Assembly (NCBI GenBank): GCA_031430855.1
Contig: JANPCG010000015.1
Coordinates: 641 to 64,640, forward strand
Direction of reading: 5' to 3'
Origin: Candidatus Kaiserbacteria bacterium
GTDB lineage: Bacteria; Patescibacteriota; Minisyncoccia; Phycocordibacterales; UBA918
DNA length: 64,000 nucleotides
This document shows positions 29,351 to 36,140 of this stretch, piece after piece. Below the pieces are notes generated by a model. The model searched no databases, had not been told where the DNA came from, and saw only the letters and a list, made by a program, of their open reading frames with translations. Both the position numbers and the translations under genes were made by a program. Position 1 is the first letter of the stretch. Each line of letters begins with the position of its first letter.

Positions 29351-29609
29351 ACGGGCTTTTCTATTTTCTTGCCCATATTTTCTTTGGATAGCTGTGTAAA
29401 CTGATAGTTTTATTCCTGCGTCGTATATCTAATCGCCTTAGTCATAAAACTAGCAGTTTCCTTCGCTCTTCTTTGAAAATCTGACTGAGACCAATCCAGA
29501 AATAGTTTCAAGCTACAAAAATCCTACGCAAAAATCTAGCCAATTCCCTGTTTTTGACTAAATGTAATGCTAAAATGACTCAGATCAACCTTTTGTGTCA
29601 CCCGTTCCC

Positions 29610-31082
29610 CTACCCAACCCTGTGTTCCTTGGCGATTTCTTTAAGCGCGGCAGCCTCTTCCTCCGCCAATTTATCCTTCCCTGCTTCAGCCATTGATAAT
29701 AACGCCGCTTCCGGCATGACCAAAAGCTCTAGAACCCTTGATTCTAAATAGTTTTCAATATTTTTCCCCGGGTCTACCAACACCTCTTCCAACAGTGCAT
29801 GCAGTATATATCCGAGCCTTTTCCCCGGCTTTTCCCCAGAAATAGTCATAATCCGGTCGCCGTTTATTTTGAGAAGTTTAACCGAAATTGGGTCACGTAA
29901 AGCCTCGTCAACCATGGCTTTGTACTTTCGAAAGCGAAACGGCTGTTCTTTCGGTCGGCCGGTACCAATTCGGTCGCACACCCGCAAATTAAGCAGGTTT
30001 TCAATGTTGTCTTCACCAATCCGTACGATTGTTCGTCGGACTGCACTGAGAGTTATTTCATCTGGATCGGAGAAAAACATATGCCAACGCACCAGTTTCT
30101 CCACTTCGAGGGTGGTTTCGCGGGGCAGCTTGAGTCGCTCGAGGATAATTTTGGTCATTCGTGCCCCGACGACCTCGTGGCCAAAGAAGGTGTAGTGTTT
30201 ATTTTTACCTCCCGTTCGTCTCGTGGCTGGTTTACCAATGTCATGGAGTAAGGCTGCTATACGAAGATTAGTTGAATGTCCTTTATCAGCTGCTGCTTGT
30301 AGGGTGCGCAAGAGATGTTCGTATACATCGTACGCATGGATGCCGCCTTGCTCACAGCCAATTGAAGCTTTAATTTCAGGTAAAATATAATCAATCATCC
30401 CTAATTTCTCAAGCATCACCATGCCTGCCATTGGGGTGTCTGAGTTTATCAATTTTATAAATTCAGCCGCAATTCGCTCAATGGCAATATGCGACAAGAG
30501 TGCATGATTAGCCATAATTCCAGCCATGGTATCGGCATCAATCATAAAATCGAGTTCGGCCGCCAGTCGAACCGCTCTCATCATCCGTAACGCGTCTTCG
30601 CTAAAGCGGGCACCAGCTTCCCCAACCGTTTTTAACCGTTTATCTCGAATGTCTGCAATTCCATCATATAAGTCAACGGTTTCGTGAGTAGCCAAGCGGT
30701 ATGCAATGGCGTTAATAGTGAAGTCCCGGCGCGCTAAATCTTCTGCCAGACTGACCCCAAAAGTAACAGAATCAGGTCGTCGTTTATCGGTATATTCCCC
30801 TTCCGCGCGGTACGGGGTTACTTCAATTATTCGCAGTCGTTCATCTTCGGTTTCGCTATTCTTTACTCCGACGGTACCGTAGTCATTATTACAAAAACTA
30901 TCTGGGAAAAGAGCTTGAATCTGGTCCGGATGAGCATTGGTCGTAAAGTCCCAGTCTTTCGGGGTGCGTCCTACGACCAGGTCGCGAACGCAGCCCCCCA
31001 CTAAATACGCCTCATAGCCAGCGCTCTCAAGTGTTTGTGCTACTTGTTTTACTTCGAGGGGAACTGAAGTAAGGGATATCAT
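29610..31082 (-). CDS. cca: CCA-adding tRNA nucleotidyltransferase / poly(A) polymerase family with a C-terminal HD domain
   Basis: GGCVRDLVVGRTPKDWDFTT head-domain motif; HD motif LLHDIGKP. Confidence 0.85.
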   Translation of the reverse strand: MISLTSVPLEVKQVAQTLESAGYEAYLVGGCVRDLVVGRTPKDWDFTTNAHPDQIQALFPDSFCNNDYGTVGVKNSETEDERLRIIEVTPYRAEGEYTDKRRPDSVTFGVSLAEDLARRDFTINAIAYRLATHETVDLYDGIADIRDKRLKTVGEAGARFSEDALRMMRAVRLAAELDFMIDADTMAGIMANHALLSHIAIERIAAEFIKLINSDTPMAGMVMLEKLGMIDYILPEIKASIGCEQGGIHAYDVYEHLLRTLQAAADKGHSTNLRIAALLHDIGKPATRRTGGKNKHYTFFGHEVVGARMTKIILERLKLPRETTLEVEKLVRWHMFFSDPDEITLSAVRRTIVRIGEDNIENLLNLRVCDRIGTGRPKEQPFRFRKYKAMVDEALRDPISVKLLKINGDRIMTISGEKPGKRLGYILHALLEEVLVDPGKNIENYLESRVLELLVMPEAALLSMAEAGKDKLAEEEAAALKEIAKEHRVG

Positions 31083-31170
31083 AATCTCGTCATTGTACCA
31101 GAATTACATTGCTTTTTCGCCTCAGTGCGCGTATTATTTCAACCACTACATTGGCTTCGCTTAATGTACT

Positions 31171-31242
31171 GCACCCGTGGTGAAGTGGATATCATTACTG
31201 ACTTCGGATCAGTCGTCGGGGGTTCGAGTCCCTCCGGGTGCA
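31171..31242 (+). tRNA. tRNA-Arg(TCG), no encoded CCA
   Basis: Manual cloverleaf: acceptor GCACCCG/CGGGTGC; anticodon stem ACTGA/TCAGT with loop CTTCGGA; T-arm GGGGG-TTCGAGT-CCCTC. Confidence 0.85.
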
Positions 31243-31291
31243 CAAATTGGCCGACCCTAATGCGCAAGCATTGGGGTCGTTGCCATTTGTC

Positions 31292-31412
31292 GCGACCGGA
31301 GGGACTCGAAAAGACGCAGCGGGGCCCCTCTGGGCCGCGGCGTCTGGGGTCGAGCGAATGAGGTAATTTATGAACGAAGTGAAATAAATTACCCATGAGA
31401 GTGACCGAGTCC
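31292..31412 (+). repeat. Structured repeat element Y (family 1). It begins with an inverted copy of the tRNA-Arg T-arm/acceptor, then a GC-clamp hairpin, then a hairpin with loop GAACGAAGTGAA, and ends ...CATGAGAGTGACCGAGTCC.
   Basis: Paralogous to 31547..31617 and, in reverse orientation, to 43409..43533. The stems differ but remain complementary. Confidence 0.6.
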
Positions 31413-31451
31413 TTTTGAAAAGCGTTACGCGACTCGAAACCCGATTGAGTT

Positions 31452-31524
31452 GGATTAGGAGCGAAGCGAACTAATCCAACCAATTGGGATACTGAACCTG
31501 TAAGGTTCGAGTCCCCTGTCCCAG
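31452..31524 (+). repeat. Structured repeat element A (family 2): hairpin with loop GAGCGAAGCGAA, then CCAATTGGGATACTGAACCTGTAAGGTTCGAGTCCCCT
   Basis: Paralogous to 32859..32929. The 5-bp stem GAACC/GGTTC co-varies with GAACT/AGTTT in the other copy. Confidence 0.55.
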
Positions 31525-31546
31525 GAGAGGTGTGTTTAATGCTACT

Positions 31547-31617
31547 TCTGGGGTCGAGCGAATGAGCTTTATTGCAAACGAAGTGTAGCAATAAAGCCAT
31601 GAGAGAGACCGAGTCCC
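31547..31617 (+). repeat. Structured repeat element (family 1, partial copy lacking the GC clamp): TCTGGGGTCGAGCGAATGAG-hairpin(loop AAACGAAGTGTA)-CCATGAGAGAGACCGAGTCC
   Basis: Flanks identical to element Y. The stem sequence is entirely different but complementary, which is compensatory change. Confidence 0.6.
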
Positions 31618-31772
31618 TCCAAAAGCATTTCTACACTCAAAAGGTTGCCAGCTATTTTAAAAATTACGATTCAATTCATCTTAATTTCCACCACCTTCCT
31701 TCTTTTAGTTGACTCCCCCTTTATTTTTGCTACTCTTTTGCCATATCTTGTTCCAATCAAGAGGTTTACGTA

Positions 31773-31927
31773 TGGCAAGTGCTAATGGCAGCGGTAGGCT
31801 CACTCCCGCACAGCTCGCCCGTGAAGACAAAAAGCGCTTGCAGAAGGCAAAACGTCTCGCTCGCAAAAAGGCAGTGGCTGAATCTGCAAAGGTTGTCCCC
31901 CGCTCGGGCGCGCGCACCCTCTATTGA
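31773..31927 (+). CDS. Small basic protein (51 aa), possibly bS21-like; good RBS (AAGAGG)
   Basis: MASANGSGRLTPAQLAREDKKRLQKAKRLARKKAVAESAKVVPRSGARTLY. Lys/Arg-rich with a C-terminal ...LY, as in S21-type proteins. Confidence 0.4.
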
Positions 31928-32028
31928 TGTCGCGAAATGAACATCTAACCGCCCGGATAATATCCGGGCGTTCTGTTTATTACCATAAAATGAACACTGG
32001 TCTTAGTATATAATATACACACTTTGTT

Positions 32029-32709
32029 ATGCCAAAAGTTGCTCACTATAAAGAGGAAGCCTATCAACAAGCCCTCTCCTTTCGACGTCGCGGTTTTACC
32101 TATCGTGAAATAGCGAAGATTTGCAACGTTTCTGTGAGTACATTAAGTAATTGGTTAGCGCACGAACCGTTCTCTACTGAGGTTGCTAAAGATAATATAC
32201 GCAAAGCAACGAATGAAAACACCAAACGTCTCGTGCTAATAAACAAGGCTCGTATCTCAGAGCGTAAACTTCAATACAGTGAAGTGGTCCGTCAGGCTGT
32301 TGTTGAGTATCAGAATTATCATACCAATCCCCTGTTTATTGCGGGGATAATGGTTTATGCGAGTCAGGGAGATGTACATAATGAGAAAGTGATTCGTCTT
32401 TCAAACAGTCGAACTGACCAGCATCGTATCTTTATACGCTTCCTAACAACGTATTTAGGGGTTGAGAAGGCAAAAATTAGGATATGGCTGCTGCTTTATC
32501 CAGATCACGATGAAATTGCGTGTATGAAGCATTGGTGCAAGAAAACAGGCATATCAGTCGCCCAGTTTTATAAAAACCAAGTAATTACAAGTCGTAGCCA
32601 CAAACCAACATTGCATTTTGGGGTCGGTAATACTATAATCGGCAGTACTCTTTTGAAGAAGAAGCTTAAGAAGTGGATGGAGCTAATGTCAAAAGAGCTT
32701 GAGAAATAA
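32029..32709 (+). CDS. HTH-domain protein of unknown function (N-terminal resolvase- or transposase-like HTH; no recognisable catalytic domain)
   Basis: GFTYREIAKICNVSVSTLSNWL helix-turn-helix. 226 aa. Lies between two tRNA genes and is surrounded by repeat elements. Confidence 0.5.
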   Translation: MPKVAHYKEEAYQQALSFRRRGFTYREIAKICNVSVSTLSNWLAHEPFSTEVAKDNIRKATNENTKRLVLINKARISERKLQYSEVVRQAVVEYQNYHTNPLFIAGIMVYASQGDVHNEKVIRLSNSRTDQHRIFIRFLTTYLGVEKAKIRIWLLLYPDHDEIACMKHWCKKTGISVAQFYKNQVITSRSHKPTLHFGVGNTIIGSTLLKKKLKKWMELMSKELEK

Positions 32710-32714
32710 AAGCT

Positions 32715-32785
32715 GCGGCCATGGTTAAGTGGTATAATGAGTCCTTGCCAAGGATTAGTCGGGGTTTCGATTACCCCTGGCCGCA
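32715..32785 (+). tRNA. tRNA-Gly(GCC), no encoded CCA
   Basis: Acceptor GCGGCCA/TGGCCGC; anticodon stem AGTCC/GGATT with loop TTGCCAA; T-arm GGGGT-TTCGATT-ACCCC. Confidence 0.85.
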
Positions 32786-32792
32786 CAAATCT

Positions 32793-32825
32793 AAAAAGAC
32801 CCGAGCTTCTGCTCGGGTCTTTTTA
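32793..32825 (+). terminator. Rho-independent terminator immediately after tRNA-Gly
   Basis: AAAAAGACCCGAGC-ttct-GCTCGGGTCTTTTT. Confidence 0.75.
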
Positions 32826-32858
32826 GATTTTGCTTGGGTAATCGAAAGACCAATAGAG

Positions 32859-32929
32859 CCAGATTTGAAGCGAAGCGCACCAATCTGGCCAATTGGGTTA
32901 CTGAACTCGTAGAGTTTCGACTACCCCTT
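32859..32929 (+). repeat. Structured repeat element B (family 2). It is preceded at 32835-32848 by an inverted copy of the tRNA-Gly T-loop (GGGTAATCGAAA).
   Basis: CCAGATT-tgaagcgaagcgcac-CAATCTGG, then CCAATTGGGTTACTGAACTCGTAGAGTTTCGACTACCCCT. Paralog of element A. Confidence 0.55.
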
Positions 32930-33402
32930 AAGTTAGTAGCAGGTTGCGTGGCAATCGAAAGAACTTGTCTGCTATTTTTTAAGTAAAAACGAGAAAGTTG
33001 CGACAAGGTGTGCTGCTCCAGTAAGTAGTCGATTACCTATGTCTGGTTTGCAACTAAAAGTAAGTAAATGAACTACTGACCGTCAGTTTCAATCACTACA
33101 AACATTACCCTACGTTCTCTGTCCTCTAAAATTACGAAATATAAAAGCACTCGCACCTGTGCACAACTTGTCTAACATGTGTATAAAGGACAGTCGTAAA
33201 AGACACATATCTTTGAATAGTACGGCCCGATATATAGCTTTCGGGATTAATTCTGTGTATAATTATAAAATTTTGTGTACCACGTGAAACGTGTTACGTA
33301 CACCTGTAATTATAGCCTTATATAAAAAAGTTACACATGAAACCAACGTATTCTAAAAAAAATTATCAAAAAGGCTGAATCTGGCTGCTATACTAGTTCC
33401 AT

Positions 33403-33816
33403 ATGGAACAAAAAGAGAAGTTAAAACTTAAAACTAAAGAAACTGGGAATAAAGGAGAGTTAATTTGTGCCCGGTACCTTAAAAGTGAGGGATTTACTCT
33501 AATTGCAATGAATTATCAAAAAAAGTGGGGTGAAATTGATGTTATTGTGCAAAAAGCCAATAAAATTCACTTTGTTGAAGTAAAAACAGTTTCATATGAA
33601 ACGAAGGACGATCTTGATTATGCAGTTGCACATGGAACGTGGCGGCCAGAAGATAATGTTCATCAAAATAAATTAATTAAACTATCTCGAGTAATTCAGA
33701 CCTGGATTATCGAACACAAGTGGTCTGGCGACTTTCAAATTGACGTTGCGGCGATAAGAATTGTACCACGTGAAACGTATGCACGTATTAATATCATTGA
33801 AAATATTATTCTGTAA
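33403..33816 (+). CDS. yraN: YraN-family (UPF0102) endonuclease-like protein
   Basis: GELICARYLKSEGFTLIAMNYQKKWGEIDVI core. The start codon sits inside a GTTCCATATGGAAC palindrome. Confidence 0.7.
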   Translation: MEQKEKLKLKTKETGNKGELICARYLKSEGFTLIAMNYQKKWGEIDVIVQKANKIHFVEVKTVSYETKDDLDYAVAHGTWRPEDNVHQNKLIKLSRVIQTWIIEHKWSGDFQIDVAAIRIVPRETYARINIIENIIL

Positions 33817-33877
33817 TGATTTCACGTGAAATGGTTTCATATGGAACTTTAAATTTTATTACTTATACAATCCAAAC

Positions 33878-34266
33878 ATGAAATTTCTCGTTACAGGAAG
33901 ATCAACTAGAATCCCTGAAGTGATTGATGTTATGGAAAGGATAAAACACCTAGGATATAAGATTAGCTTTGACTGGCCAGTACTTCCAATGGTAAAGCCA
34001 TATGAAGATAATCAAGAAAAAGCTGCGTAATTCGCAGAATCGGCAATTAATGGGATTATATCGGCAGACGTTTATGTTTTGTTTGCCCATGGAGATGGAG
34101 CCGGTGTTTTTGCAGAATTAGGTGCTGCTCTAGGTGTTGCGCAGTTACATGGGAAACTGAAAATTTATTCTTTTTCAAACTCAATTCCTCCTGCTATATT
34201 CCACTAACACCCTTAATTTGCTGGGTTAACAGTCTTGATGAAGTGTTTATTGATTTAGTTAAGTAA
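33878..34266 (+). pseudogene. Nucleoside 2-deoxyribosyltransferase-like gene disrupted by an in-frame TAA and a -1 frameshift
   Basis: MKFLVTGRST...ISADVYVLFAHGDGAGVFAELGAAL...ICWVNSLDEVFIDLVK is recovered only by joining three frames. Confidence 0.5.
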
Positions 34267-34286
34267 ATTGATTTAGAAAACAATAA

Positions 34287-34320
34287 GAAAATCACTAGTT
34301 TCATATGAAACTAGTGATTT
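34287..34320. terminator. Perfect 34-nt palindrome AAAATCACTAGTTTCATATGAAACTAGTGATTTT. Bidirectional terminator between the pseudogene and tRNA-Pro; carries the GTTTCATATGAAAC motif.
   Basis: Seen directly. U-tracts on both sides. Confidence 0.6.
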
Positions 34321-34328
34321 TCTTATTG

Positions 34329-34399
34329 TCGGGGAGCAGGGAATCGAACCCTGACCATCCGGTCCCAAACCGGATACACTACCACTATGCTACACCCCG
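34329..34399 (-). tRNA. tRNA-Pro(TGG), no encoded CCA; C1-G72 as in bacterial tRNA-Pro; one T-T mismatch in the acceptor stem
   Basis: T-arm CAGGG-TTCGATT-CCCTG; anticodon stem TCCGG/CCGGA with loop TTTGGGA. Confidence 0.8.
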
Positions 34400-34429
34400 A
34401 TGTAGCGAGAGAAGTGTGCGGGCTTTAGT

Positions 34430-34491
34430 ACATAATTCTGTATTACAGAAAATCAAAGTTCACTTTTATTTTCTGTAATACAGAATTATGT
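34430..34491. repeat. Perfect 24-bp inverted repeat with a 14-nt spacer, between divergent tRNA-Pro and the NUDIX gene
   Basis: ACATAATTCTGTATTACAGAAAAT-caaagttcactttt-ATTTTCTGTAATACAGAATTATGT. Confidence 0.8.
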
Positions 34492-34685
34492 TGCAAGCTA
34501 TGCTTGCGCCAGCACATTTCCGAGCAAAGAGGGATGTATCGAAGATACAACCCGTGAGCTGTATTTCTCTCTTACAACCCGTAGTTTTTTGCTCTCAAAC
34601 CAAAGTTTCTCCTGATTTGTAACGAGAATCCTACCATGGTGTAGTAAAAAATGCGAGTAAAGTTGGTTATGATATTATCAAGAAT

Positions 34686-35117
34686 ATGGCTAATGCAACC
34701 GAGGTCCATTTTGAGGGGAAAATTGCGCAAAAGGTGATTATTGAAAAGGAAAATAAGGTTCTCTTGATGAGGGATCCCCGTGAAAAACAAATAATTTGGG
34801 AAATTCCTGGCGGTCGAATGAATATCAATGAAGAGCCGCGGGAAGCTGTTGTACGTGAAATCTTGGAGGAGTTAGGTGTAGAAATTAACGTTGGTGAAGT
34901 TGTCTACATGGAGCAGTTCATACATGTTAATGAAGGAAAGCGAGCATTTGTTATTGTGTATAAGGCAACCTTGGTTGATGAAACCAAGGATTTTGCTCTA
35001 TCTGAGGAAGAGGTTTGTGAAATTGCTTGGGTAAGCGCAGAAGAATTAGCAAAATATGAGCTATTTCCAGAATATCAACGGGCAATTGATTGTTATTTTG
35101 CAAACTATCATAAATAG
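34686..35117 (+). CDS. NUDIX hydrolase
   Basis: Nudix box GGRMNINEEPREAVVREILEELGV. Confidence 0.8.
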   Translation: MANATEVHFEGKIAQKVIIEKENKVLLMRDPREKQIIWEIPGGRMNINEEPREAVVREILEELGVEINVGEVVYMEQFIHVNEGKRAFVIVYKATLVDETKDFALSEEEVCEIAWVSAEELAKYELFPEYQRAIDCYFANYHK

Positions 35118-35133
35118 GGCACAATAGGGCCCT

Positions 35134-36057
35134 ATGATTACGTACTATTTCCGAACGGTTAAAGATGACTCCCTGAAACAAGTTGAAACCATACGCACGG
35201 GTATCTGGGTCCACGTTGTGGCGCCAACTGAAGAAGAAATAGCCCAATTAATAAAGGATTTTGTACTTGATGAAGATATTATGGAGGATGCGCAGGACTT
35301 TTTTGAGGTGCCGCGACTAGAACGGTCCCAAGGCGCGTCATATTTCTTTACTCGTTATCCATATACGGACCAAAAAGAAGGAACTGATACCGCGCCACTC
35401 CTGATAGTTATGGGAGAGTCGTTTGTGCTCACGCTTGCACTCCGTGATGTCCCCCCATTTAAAAAGCTGCTTGAGGGCACAGAAATAGTAATTACAACCC
35501 AAAAAGCTAAGCTTTTTATTCAGATTATGGACGCCATTACCCATGCCTATGACACAGAGTCAATGCGTTTACGTAAGGCGGTGCAAAAAGATCGAGTTAG
35601 GTTGCGTAAAATCGGACCCCGAGAAATAGAGCGTTTAGTTGGCTATGAAACCAAACTAAATACCATGGTAGACGCACTAACGCCAACAAATACCTGGCTC
35701 CAACAGGTCCCAAAAGGGAATTACATGCAGCTTTTTTCTGAAGATATTGAAATGATGGAGGACTTGGTGATTGCTAATAACCAGGTGGTTAATTCAGCAC
35801 GTTCAATTTTAAAGACAATTCAGAATATTCGGAGCTCAATTGAGGCAATTATGACCAGTCGTCTCAACAACTCGCTGCGGATGTTGACGATTGTTACTAT
35901 TTTACTTACTGTCCCAATGGTAATTGCCTCGTTATTTGGTATGAATGTACCTTTGCCTTTTCAGGACGAACCGCTTGCCTTTGTGGGGATTTTAGGAGGA
36001 AGTCTCCTCGTTGTGAGTCTTGTAGTGTTGTTTTTTAAGAAAAATGACTGGTTTTAG
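35134..36057 (+). CDS. corA: CorA-family Mg2+/Co2+ transporter
   Basis: C-terminal TM helices with a GMN signature (LFGMNVPLPF); 307 aa. Confidence 0.8.
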   Translation: MITYYFRTVKDDSLKQVETIRTGIWVHVVAPTEEEIAQLIKDFVLDEDIMEDAQDFFEVPRLERSQGASYFFTRYPYTDQKEGTDTAPLLIVMGESFVLTLALRDVPPFKKLLEGTEIVITTQKAKLFIQIMDAITHAYDTESMRLRKAVQKDRVRLRKIGPREIERLVGYETKLNTMVDALTPTNTWLQQVPKGNYMQLFSEDIEMMEDLVIANNQVVNSARSILKTIQNIRSSIEAIMTSRLNNSLRMLTIVTILLTVPMVIASLFGMNVPLPFQDEPLAFVGILGGSLLVVSLVVLFFKKNDWF

Positions 36058-36140
36058 GAAAGAAACTACTCTCTTCGAGACTGTGGATAAGTTGGTAAGA
36101 ATTAGCCTGTCGCCCCGTCTACATATATAATGGTTTCCAC

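Noticed and set aside
29294-29352. AGCAGCCAA inside the long hairpin matches the SRP RNA domain IV motif
   Set aside because: It is only a 9-nt match. It is on the wrong side of the loop relative to SRP RNA, there is no GNRA tetraloop, and a match this short is expected by chance in 64 kb.
31330-31420. Family-1 element considered as a hammerhead ribozyme or as a tRNA with an intron
   Set aside because: It lacks the CUGAUGA and GAAAC hammerhead cores. It has no cloverleaf with a 7-nt anticodon loop. The neighbouring tRNA-Arg is complete without it. It is left as an unclassified structured element.
4243-34266. In-frame TAG (VirB4) and TAA (deoxyribosyltransferase) considered as evidence of stop-codon reassignment
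   Set aside because: Long conserved genes (pnp, pcrA, the Clp ATPase, pilB, recJ, nusA) have no internal TAG, TAA or TGA and end at normal stops. A standard code with local gene decay, or a split gene, is more parsimonious.
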